Shown here piece by piece: positions 52,890 to 64,000 of a stretch of 64,000 nt of DNA. Source of the stretch: Octopus sinensis (Eukaryota). Both the position numbers and the translations under genes were made by a program. Position 1 is the stretch's first letter; each line of letters starts with the position of its first letter. Below the pieces are notes generated by a model. That model searched no databases, had not been told where the DNA came from, and was given only the letters and a program-made list of their open reading frames with translations. The DNA lies in assembly GCF_006345805.1 (NCBI RefSeq), contig NC_043000.1:151280001-151344000 (forward strand). The letters run 5' to 3'.

Positions 52890-53225
52890 GTATGTATGTG
52901 TCAGTCATTAGACTGTTGCCATGTTGGGGTACTGCCTTGAATATTTTTAGTCGAACGAATCGACCCAGTACTTGTCCCACCGGTCTCTTTTGCCGAGCCG
53001 CTGGAGATGTAAACACACCAGCGCCGGTTGTCAAGCGGTGATGGGGATAAACACACACACATATATATATATAAATACAATAGGCTTCTTTCAGTTTCCG
53101 TCTACCAAATCCACTCACAAGGCTTTGGTCGGCTAGAGGCTATAGCTGAAGACACTTGCCTAAGGTTCCACACAGTGCGACTGAGCTAAGAACAATGTGG
53201 TTGCGAAGCAAACCTCTTACCACAT
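52265..53225. mobile_element. Two degenerate SINE A copies in convergent orientation (52265-52705 +, 52895-53225 -)
   Basis: Recognisable head, cccgtcg(TA)n and cagtc..gactg 3' hairpin. Confidence 0.75.
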
Positions 53226-53460
53226 TGCTCGCACGTCTGACCGCTTCTTCCCCAGACGAAAACCGTGAACCACTTGTCTCCAGAATTCCCTCTCTTGCAT
53301 TACTCTTGGTAAATCGTTCCTCAGCAGACCAGAGCCTTCAACCAATTGCTCAATAAATGTTCTGACAGGACGATCCCTTAGTCGCCTTCCATGAGTTGGT
53401 CTCCCACATCAGCAATTGATTTACTAACTTCTAAAAACTTAGCGAAGGACATAAGGCATA
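53225..53460 (-). mobile_element. RTE-clade LINE ORF C-terminal fragment
   Basis: Translates PTHGRRLRDRPVRTFIEQLVEGSGLLRNDLPRVMQEREFWRQVV, matching the RTE C-terminal G.R.RGRP..W motif. Confidence 0.7.
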
Positions 53461-55116
53461 AAAATATAACAACGTATAACGTATAGAATCAGATAAAGGC
53501 GATAATTGACAAAATCGCAAGAGCGGCAGAGGAAATGTCCTTCGGTATTTGGTCTGGGGAATTCTGTTCTGAATACGAACCTTGTCGAGATCAGCTTTAC
53601 CTTGGATCCTTCAGGAGTAAATAAAACAATGAGCTAAGTAAATACTGGGATCGTTCCAATCAGGGACATCCCACCTTTTAAATTTCTAGTTCTTGTGCTT
53701 GTATTAGTAATTATTATGTAGAATACTTCTATTTTATATCGCATTTTCATAGATATAGCATTGTTGGTTGCAAGTTCCCAGCGTGCCAGCCATTGTTTTA
53801 TGGCATTCACGATGGTGAAAGTAATAAGGGAGTGTCAGTGCAATTCGGATGGAGTAAAGTTCGCTTTTGCAAACATACAGTTTCGGGTTCAGTCTCACTA
53901 GGCGGCACCATGGGCTAGTGTTTTCTACTATAATAGCACAGGGCCGAACAATGCCCTGTGAATGAACTTGGTAGGTGGAAACCGTGAGGATGCCCGTCGT
54001 ATATATATATAAATATATATATATATACATGTGTGTGTGTGTGTATAAATATATATATATACATACACACATGTATATTTTACTGGGCTGGTTTAGCGAT
54101 TTTCGCATCGATGTTTTTCACCGCTATATGTCGGCAAGGGATATACATACATACATACATACATACATACATACATACATACTCGTATATATACACATAC
54201 ATAAAAACATCGCACATATATATGTGTGTATGTATGTATATGTATGTGTGTGTGTGTGTGTGTGTGGTGTGTGTGTGTGTGTGTGCACATACGTAGCCAT
54301 AGAGGATACATAGATTCGGAAAAAACCAAACCCCTTCCCCTGAGATTAAAAATTAGCACAAGGCTAGCAGTTTTAGGGAAGGGGTAAGTCAATTACGTCG
54401 ACCTCAGTGTTCCACTGGTACTTACTTTGTCCACAGCTAAATGATGAAAAGCAAAGTTGACGTTGGCGGAATTTGAACCCACAACGTAAAGACGGATGAA
54501 ATGCTGCAAAGCATTTTACCCGGTGTGCTAACCATTCTGCCAGCTCGTAGCCTTATATCTCTCTATATATCATAGCCAAACATAAATTGAACGGTAATCA
54601 AGGACCCACAGTATCGTTTGGCTCATATTCTTAGACAGTGGAGGTGGAATTCAAAGGTTATTCGTCTTATTTTAGCCTTTTTGAGATTTAATTTAGGGTG
54701 GTAAACTTAATCTGCGACCCAGTTTAACCCCATATCTGGCACCTTGGGTGCCTCTAGCGAAGTCTACTCGATTGCAAGCACTAGGATCAGGTATGCATAA
54801 GTCTGGAGTCCCCTGTAACGGTCATGGACACTCATTTCCACCTCCTGACTAAAAGATACTCTTCAAATGAGACTCGTCAAATGAATACGTAATATGTGTG
54901 TGTACATTTATGTACTTGTGCATGTGTATGTTTGTGCGTGTGTGTGTGACTCTGTATGTGTGTGTGTGTGTGTATGTGTGTGCGCTTGTGTGTGTGTATG
55001 CGTGTGTGTGTGTGTGTGTGTAATCGAAGCTTACGATGTTTTGATATATTAACTATACCCACGGTTTCTTATCTTTCTACGTCCGTAACTTTCTTCTCTC
55101 GTTTCTCTCTCTCTTA

Positions 55117-55148
<32 letters not shown>

Positions 55149-55733
55149 CTCTATCTCTCTCTCTTTCCTTCTACTACCCCGTTCTTTGAGGGATTATCTT
55201 GTCCCAATCTACGGCAAATCAAAACCTGAATTAGCTTTGTCTTCGTTCGGTATTCCTCGTTGGAATTGTTGACGGATTCGCTATACATCCGATGGAACTG
55301 ACTTGAAGTGTCTGAATAATCAAATCGCATCATATTTAATAACTTGACTATCCCCTTACCTCCTCGCCTGCTAAGACGACCAACGAAGAAATAACATCCG
55401 CTGATAAAGGTGAAAGCCAGATTTAACAATGGCCGCTGCTAAATAAGCCACTTATGCACATTATTTAATCTGTTGCTTATGAATATTCATTAGCGTTTCT
55501 CTCGTCTTTAGCTTCTTTCTCCCTCTCATTTTTTCCTCTTTAACCTTTTCCCTCTTTCTCTCTTTCCCTTCTCCCTCTCTATTTCTCTCTTTATCTCTGC
55601 TTGTCTCTCTTTATCCCTCTTTTTCTCTCTCATTGTTTTTCTTTTCTACTCCAATTCTTTCTACCCCGGTTTATACTATTTCTTTCTTAAGTAGAATGGG
55701 GTCTGTATACGTATGTATGTGTGTGTGTTTGTG

Positions 55734-55765
<32 letters not shown>

Positions 55766-56169
55766 GTGTGTGCGTGTGTGTATATATATAGAGAGAGATA
55801 CATACTTATGTATGTATATATGCATTGCATGTATGTATGTATATGTACTATGTATGTATGTATGTATGTATGTATGTATGTATGTATGTATGTATGTATG
55901 TATATATATATATAATATATATATATATGTATGTATGTATGTATACGTGTGTGTGTATGTATACGAGGTATTGTATGCATGTATATATATTTATGTAATG
56001 TATACATTTATGAATGTATGTATATGTATGTCTTTATGATTGTATATAGTCAAGCGAGTATGCGTATATTTAGTTACATATGTGTAAATATGTACCTGTG
56101 CGTGTTTAATTTATGTGCGTATATATATATACGTGTGCAAGTGTGTGTGTGTTTCATTTGTTTGCATGC

Positions 56170-56440
56170 GTGTATGTGTGTGCACGTGTGTGTGTGTATA
56201 CTACATTTGGGAGACTACATTTGTGTATAAAATGTGTGTGTACGCACGTGAGTCTGTATATGTATATGTGAGCGTGTGCATGTGTTGTGTGTGTGTGTGT
56301 GTGTACTGCATTTGGGAGACTACATTTGTGTATAAAATGTGTGTGTACGCGTGAGTCTGTATATGTATATGTGAGTGTGTGCATGTGTGTGTGTGCGTGT
56401 GTGTGTACTGCATTTGGGTGACTACATTTGTGTATATAAA
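56170..56440. repeat. Three tandem units of about 105 bp
   Basis: catttggg(a/t)gactacatttgtgtata recurs near 56204, 56309 and 56411. Confidence 0.85.
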
Positions 56441-56939
56441 GTGTGTGTGCGTGCGTGCGTGTACTGATGTATATTCATTTGCATGTTCATTATATTCCAT
56501 TCAGTCCGAGGTGTCAAAAGAAGACATGATTTTAATACAAAGGAGGCAAATAATCGCTAGATAATGTTTATCGGTACGGTCGAGTGGCCGAGTTTGTGGC
56601 TGAACTGTGAGCGAGGAGCATTAAGTAATATTTAGCAGGTGAAGATAATGGCGTTTTGTGAGTTGTATATGACAAACATGTTTGGTTTTCTTTGTAAGCA
56701 CGTTGCTAATGAATTCACGCATACACACGCGTACACACACACACACACACAAACACAAACTCACGTATACGCTCACACACACACACAGACTCACGCACAT
56801 ACACACACACACACATACACATATAAATGTATACGTGAACGTGCAAACACACATACACACATACACATGCATATAGACACAAACAAACATACACACACGT
56901 GTACGAAAGCGCTCACACCCCCACGAGTAGAAGTACATT

Positions 56940-56952
56940 ATCTATCTGTCTG

Positions 56953-56992
<40 letters not shown>

Positions 56993-56993
56993 C

Positions 56994-57025
<32 letters not shown>

Positions 57026-57061
57026 ATATCTATCTATCTGTCTGTCTGTCTGTCTATCTAT

Positions 57062-57103
<42 letters not shown>

Positions 57104-57167
57104 CTCTCTATCAATCTACCTATCTACCTACCTACCTGTCTGTCTGTCTGTCTATCTATTTATCTAT

Positions 57168-57226
<59 letters not shown>

Positions 57227-57330
57227 CCTATCTCTCTGTCTGTCTGTCTGTCTATCTATCTATATATCTATCTATCTATATATATATATATATCTATCTA
57301 CCTGTCTGTCTGTCTGTCTATGTATCTTTC
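56940..57330. repeat. (ATCT)n/(GTCT)n microsatellite
   Basis: Direct reading. Confidence 0.95.
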
Positions 57331-57459
57331 TATGTCATTATGTGTCACCAGGCCGAAGCTTCGAAGTCACTGTCAGCCCTCTTCCTATAGAAGTTTAATG
57401 AATGTGTACTGAGTAGTCCTACAGTTTAATGTTAAACTGAATAATTCCACAGGCATAGA

Positions 57460-57529
<70 letters not shown>

Positions 57530-57736
57530 ATATATTTGGAAATGGATGCTGGCATTCAATCAAATAATAATATAAATAATATATATATATATTATATATA
57601 TATATATATATACTTTCTCTCTGTACACCACATATATACACATGAGTATGTGTAGATATATAACTATATACACACACATTTAATATATATATATAATAGA
57701 TATATAAGCATACAAATATCCATCCATCAATGCATG

Positions 57737-57768
<32 letters not shown>

Positions 57769-58571
57769 CATAAATACATACATGTTATACATAGTAGGAA
57801 ATATGGCATACACTGCAGCGTATGCCATAAATTAGTTTTTAGTTTTAGCTCCACATTTTTCACCGAAAGTGCTCCACAAACGTTCATATAAGTTACTAAT
57901 TATATGATGCTATGACACAAGTCTGTAACGACAAGGTATGGACAGAAAGCGTTAATAAAGGATGTATATACGTCGTGTTACCTCATAGTAATTATCCCAC
58001 TGCAGAACATTCTATGCCAAGAAACATATCTCTCTTCAGCTTGTGTAAAATGGACGGTATTTCTCTTTAGTCAGCTGTCACCTAGTATTCAATATAAAAC
58101 TGCCTGGAATGAATACATGTACCGAAATGTTCACAGAAAAAATAGTTGCAAGTACTCAGTTACCTTGAAGCATAATGTTCAGTGATTAAACACATACTTC
58201 TGAGCATACGTCATAACTAATTTTATCAAGGCATTTTTCACTCAAAGTGTTCATATAAATTTTGAATTATTCTGAGCAGCGGCATAAATCTATAGAGTAA
58301 ACGAATAGATGCAAACAGTTAATTTCGGGAAATGTAACCAGCAATTATATACATTTGAATACAAAACTGTCCGGGAAACATACATTTTAAATCCTAAACT
58401 GCTTTATTCGACAAACTACCTTAAAGAGCTGAATATGAGATTAACTTCATACGAGCATAAATATTCATTAACAGCCATTCTCCGCAATGTACACTAATTA
58501 TTTTTGGCGAGGTTCTTTTTGACAAGTGTATTGAACAAATATACGTATAACTGCAAACAATTAAGATTATA

Positions 58572-59270
58572 TCTATAATAATAAACGCGAGATTCTGTCT
58601 GTTCGTCCGTCCATCCAGGATTCCTATAGCTCGGTCTACACTTGCTCTGCACAGACATATTATACCTTTTTGGAATCAGGATGATCCTGGGATTGAAAAT
58701 CTGCCCTTCATTTGGTTCTTGAACATCCAACATTGTAGCTAGGTTTGGATGAGGATTTTGTTTTATGCTAACAGTTACTCTTTTACTGAACCCGGAACCA
58801 TGTGGCTCTCTCTCTCTCTCTCTCTTCCTATCTATACATATATCTCTCTCTCTACCTATCTATTTATCTCTCTATCTCTCTATCTATCTCTATCTATCTA
58901 TCTCTCCCTCTCACACTCATTCTTATAACCTAGATATGTTTGAACAGGGTTGTCGTAAATTTCCTTTCCGGATTAATAAAACACTGTCTATGCTGGTAAG
59001 ACAGACAGCAAATTTACAAGCCTTTTCTTTCCATTTCCATAAATATAACACAGCCACTCCTACGCCTGAAAATTAAAATTTTAAAAGAACTCTAAAAATT
59101 TGTGAACTTACATGTTTATCATTTAAACTGAATTTAAAGTAATACCATTTTGGTAGGGTACCAATAAATGCTCTATCATTATTACTCTATTTATTTTTAA
59201 GCCACAGTCCCATTTAGCCCTCCGTAAAGGCTAGCTTAAAAGTCCGTACGGAGTGCGGCTTTGAAGCTAG
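58572..59270 (+). mobile_element. Probable non-autonomous Helitron (second family) with internal insertions
   Basis: A|TCtataataataaacgcgagattctgtctgt 5' end; imperfect hairpin aaagtccg..cggcttt then gaagCTAG|T. Confidence 0.55.
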
Positions 59271-59354
59271 TATATATATATAAACAAAAGGTAGAGACAG
59301 GTGGAAAACAGCAAACAAGGTGTATTAGATTGATGCTCAGGAAAAATGGAAGAG

Positions 59355-59392
59355 CCTTAGACGTTTTGAGCCTACGCTCTTCTATAAGAAAT
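59355..59392 (-). ncRNA. Decayed hammerhead-like motif in solo repeat 59275-59392
   Basis: UUAUAGAA GAGC-GUAG-GCUC AAAAC GUC; G5 and G12 lost, U6 retained. Confidence 0.4.
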
Positions 59393-60033
59393 ACATACAC
59401 ACGTGTGTGTATCTGTACTCATGTATACATACATGTGTATGTCTGTGTGTGTCTGTCTAAGTGCGTGTGTGTGTGTGTGTGTGTGCGCGCGCGGGTGTCT
59501 ATGTGTATGTGTGTGTTTATGACTTTTACAAGTACGACCTACATCAGAAAAAGAGAGTGATTCTCATTACGAGATAGAATCGGTCCTATTTGCGTGTATG
59601 TGTGTATGTATATGTGAGTATACGTGTATGATTGTATATATACGTAAGTTTGAACAAGAATGAAAAACGTATGTACACATTACTGTAAATGTTTAACATA
59701 ATGAAAGCATAATCTTCACATATCTTTCCTCCTAGTTTCTCCACTCCGATTTTCGGACGATTGGGATCGATAAAACAAAATAAAATAACGTCATATAATA
59801 TAGCTTGTGGAAAGTATTTTTGCATATATTGCAATAAGATTCGACCGGAGGTAGAAAATTAGAAAAAAAAAACGACTAGATCACTTGTTATCAAATATAA
59901 CCGTTATTTAAAAGTCCGTGGGAGAGTTTGAGAAGGAAGATTTACAGATTTGGAAAAGTTATGAAAAAGAAAGAATGAAAGATGAAATAATGTAAAATGT
60001 GAAAAGTACAATAAATAAGTATAAGTATAATCA

Positions 60034-60195
60034 GGCGCAGGAGTGGCTGTGTGGTAAGTAGCTTGCTTACCAACCACATGGTTCCGGGTTCAGTCCCACT
60101 GCGTGGCACCTTGGGCAAGTGTCTTCTACTATAGCCTCGGGCCGACCAAAGCCTTGTGAGTGGATTTGGTAGACGGAAACTGAAAGACGCTCGTC

Positions 60196-60245
<50 letters not shown>

Positions 60246-60470
60246 CGTGTGTGTTTGTGTATCTGTGTTTGTCCTCCTAGTATTGCTTGACAACCGATGC
60301 TGGTGTGTTTATGTCCCCGTCACTTAGCGGTTCGGCAAAAGAGACCGATAGAATAAGTACAGGGCTTACAAAAAATAAGTCCCGGGTCGAGTTGTTCGAT
60401 TAAAGGTGGTGCTCCAGCATGGCCGCAGTCAAATGACTGAAACAAGTAAAAGAGTAAAAGAGAAAAGAGT
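60034..60470 (+). mobile_element. SINE family A, full length
   Basis: Head-to-tail match. Confidence 0.93.
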
Positions 60471-61090
60471 ATAAAAGACTGTTTATATGAATGAGAATTA
60501 TAAAATTAGTAAAATTTATAAGTGCATATAAGATGCATGCAAGATGAATAAAAAAAAATTAAAGAAAGAATTATTTTAAAGAAACGGAATTTTCAGGAAA
60601 ATATAGATAAGAGATATGCATAGGTGGCGATGAGCTTTTTCTTTCCAATAACCAACTTCTTTCCGTTCGTGTGGTTATCGATTTGGAAACTTGCAATTTT
60701 ATAGTAGATATTTGGTATCGTGTCTACAATTTGACAGTAACTCAGATCTTTGCTTCTACGAATCTTAGAACAAAATAAGCAACTTTCTAGTTAATTGTAG
60801 TTCGCAACGTAATTTAAAATGAAAGCTGCTATGTCGGTATGATAGTGCAAAGTCAAGTCTAGGCTCAATGTTTCTGAGGGCTATAGACTTCTTTCTCCTC
60901 CACTCACTCTCTTAGTATCTGTGTGTCTGTCTTTCTCTGTCTCTGTCTCCGTCTGTCTGTCAGCCTGCCTGCATCTCTCTCTCTCTCTCTACCTATCTGT
61001 TTATATATATTTCTCTCTCTACCTATCTATTTATCTCTCTTTCTCTCTCTCTCTCTCTACCTATCTATTTATATATATCTACCTATCTAT

Positions 61091-61128
<38 letters not shown>

Positions 61129-61355
61129 TTATCTATCTCTCCCTCTCACACTCATTCTTATAACCTAGATATGTTTGAACAGGGTTGTCGTAAATTTCCT
61201 TTCCGGATTAATAAAACACTGTCCATGCTGGTAAGACAGACAGGAAATTTACAAGCCTTTTCTTTCCAATAGCATTTCCATAAATATAACAGACAAATCT
61301 CCTTTAAATAACATCCTATCATCTTAAAGTGCCACATAAAGCAATGTAACCCGGA

Positions 61356-61455
61356 NNNNNNNNNNNNNNNNNNNNNNNNNNNNNNNNNNNNNNNNNNNNN
61401 NNNNNNNNNNNNNNNNNNNNNNNNNNNNNNNNNNNNNNNNNNNNNNNNNNNNNNN
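61356..61455. other. Assembly gap (100 N)
   Basis: Direct reading. Confidence 1.
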
Positions 61456-61762
61456 AAAGAGTAAAAGAGAGAGAGCATGCTAACGATTCTTTTCTACTCT
61501 AGGCACAAGGCCTGAAATTTATGGGGAGGGGGGCGGGGCAGTCGATTAGATCGATCCCAGTACGCAACTGGTACTTAATTTCTCGATCCCGAAAGGATGA
61601 AAGGCAAAGTCGGCCTCGGCGGAATTCGAACTCAGAACGAAAAGACAGACGACCAGCGTGCTAACGATTCTGCCAACTCACCGGCTTAGAAGAAGAAATA
61701 GTTTGAGATTGAATTTCTCGGTTGTGCTCCGATCGTCGTGAAGAACTTAATTCCTCTTGAAA

Positions 61763-62267
61763 TCTTTATATATAAAAGTCAAGTTGTGTGTCTGTTTCCT
61801 ACGATTTAGATTCCTAACTACTCCCACATTTTGCGGTGCAGTTTAACCAAAACCGGGTATCTTATAGTCGTGATTCATATCGAACCCTTCTGGGTATTAG
61901 CGCGCGTCTACGATGAGTCTACGATTTTAAAAATAATTTACCATCATTTTTTTCCATTTTCATGCATTTTTTTCGCTATTATATAAGGGAAGTAACTCTC
62001 TAAAAATGTCTACGATGAGTCAACGATTTAAAAAAAAATTTACCATCATTTTTTTTTTCCATTTTTAATGCATTTTTTTCGCTATTATATAAGGGAAGTA
62101 ACTCTCTAAAAATGTCTACGATGAGTCAACGAATTAAAAAAAAATTTACTATAATTTTTTTTCCATTTTTAATGCATTTTTTTCTATTTTTTTTTCTATA
62201 ACTCTCTAAAAATGCTTATATAGTTATTTCCCTTACAAACCCGAGCAACGCCGGGCGATACTGCTAG
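61763..62267 (+). mobile_element. Non-autonomous Helitron with triplicated internal unit
   Basis: A|TC...CTAG|T; ctacgatgagtc unit starts at 61908, 62010, 62116. Confidence 0.87.
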
Positions 62268-63540
62268 TAAAATATAAAAAAACAAAATGACCCAGTTTCA
62301 ATTCCTGTTGTGACCATTTCACTTCGCAATGAACGTCTCTCTTGCTTTCTCTCATTGTGCTTATATTAGATGCTGTCCAGGGACATCCAAATGCGTATGT
62401 GACGTGGGAGACAGCCAGACAGAGAAAGTTTCCATGGGACATTTATAGGAGGTAAAGCTTGCCAGGTTACATTTCCAATAGAATGAAGATATAACAATAT
62501 GATTTACTTGTTCCTTCACCCCGTCTACATTAGCCGGAAGTGATAGGACGAGAACAACATTTCCTCTAGACGTTACTTTATTTACTTCCCTCCCATGTCA
62601 GCTTTAGCCGGAAGTGATGAGGTTACAGCAACATTGCTCCTAGATGTCGCTTTGATTTACTCCCCTCTTCTTAATCAATAGTCAAGGAAAATGATGGAAC
62701 TTAAGTAGTAAGAAACCCAACAGAGGAACGGTAGGAACACATTTTTGACTCGCATAGAATTCTTCTCCAAGGAGAATAAATTTTGACGTCACAACCAATT
62801 TCAAATCTCGTTTCCGTTGCATTAAGCCAACAATAGTGTTATCATGCAGCTACGATAAGGCGAAATTTGAAGATTCAAGTGCTATTTAGCTGATTAAATT
62901 ACATTGTTAACTCTCTCATTAGCTCGTAAGCGGACAATAGAATGCGATGAATGGGTGAAAATGGTCAACAATATAAAATCCGTGGTCTTCCATAGAGAAT
63001 AGTAATAAAGGAATATATAGAAGAATTACTAGTCAAAACATTCTCAACAGCACTAGTTGTATTGATATCTGTTATTCTCAGTAGTGATAGAAACGCTGAG
63101 AGTTAGCACTAAATCTACCATATCCTTCTTAGTCGGTATCGAAATCAATTCGATGAAAACGAGCCGACGTGGGCCTTCAATATGTTGGCGCTTTACACAG
63201 TAGGATTAGCAGCTAAACTTTCTTTCGATCACAACCTGCATCGTATCTCAAGAAGGACGCATTAAATACAATGTCTGAATAAGAAAGACAGAATGGTCAC
63301 GGTTAGAACGTCTTTGGTCATAGGCCTGCCCGATAAGAGCTGGCTTGAGACTCAGCAACTGCAATATCAAAGCTGAGTGGAAATCTATTTACTGTAGCGT
63401 TTAGCTACAGTAAATTTTGTAGAGGCATATTATGGTAATGTCTGAACTGGTAATGCAGGAAAAAGCATTTGTTAGTAATTAGTAAAAAGCAATGGCAGCT
63501 ACGCTTGGCTGTAAGGTTGAACATAGATACAGCAGGAAAT

Positions 63541-63606
<66 letters not shown>

Positions 63607-63928
63607 AGAGAGAGAGAGTGAGAGATTGACACATTGCAGAATAGGACACGACACTGTGTACAAGCTCTGCCGATTACTGTACTAATGGAGCATGAAACTG
63701 AAAGTAGCTCACATTCAAATCCCATGTTTATGAAATTATATACATGTGTGTGTGTGTGTGTGGGTGTGCATTTACATATTTATGCATGTACAAGGTTTCA
63801 CTTTCACTTTACCAATTTCTCCAAAATTAATCAAATAAATACTAGCAAAGGATTCAGATCGATTCATTCAATTGTAACAATATCTATATAAATTACACCT
63901 GCTTAGTCTCGTTCACTCCTTTTCTTCC

Positions 63929-63991
<63 letters not shown>

Positions 63992-64000
63992 CTCTATCTT

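Noticed and set aside
62370-62451. Candidate exon (AVQGHPNAYVTWETARQRKFPWDIYR)
   Set aside because: Good polypyrimidine tract and donor but no recognisable family; needs RNA-seq

Overview
AT-rich, microsatellite-dense eukaryotic DNA with a 100-N scaffold gap at 61356-61455. The repeat families look like those of an octopus (coleoid cephalopod); that is recognition from memory, not a search result. No host protein-coding gene, true tRNA or rRNA gene can be supported, and nearly all listed ORFs are translations of microsatellites or SINEs. The window is a mosaic of mobile elements: several tRNA-headed SINE families (about 30 copies or fragments), decayed LINE pieces (CR1-group 3' ends, an R4/Dong-type endonuclease domain, RTE fragments), non-autonomous Helitrons, a rearranged mariner and a decayed Penelope-like retroelement with a readable reverse transcriptase. 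The most interesting signal is a set of minimal hammerhead-ribozyme motifs. One lies directly upstream of the Penelope RT remnant. Five more lie in dispersed solo copies of the same repeat type, and five of these six share a non-canonical U at core position 6. A further hammerhead lies in a tRNA-headed SINE-like element inserted as a head-to-head inverted pair with a 17-bp target-site duplication (TSD). Penelope-associated hammerheads are known in general; the U6 core, the tRNA-head/ribozyme chimera and a recurrent second half-core are the parts that may be undescribed. All alignments and folds were done by eye, and repeat boundaries without a TSD are approximate.
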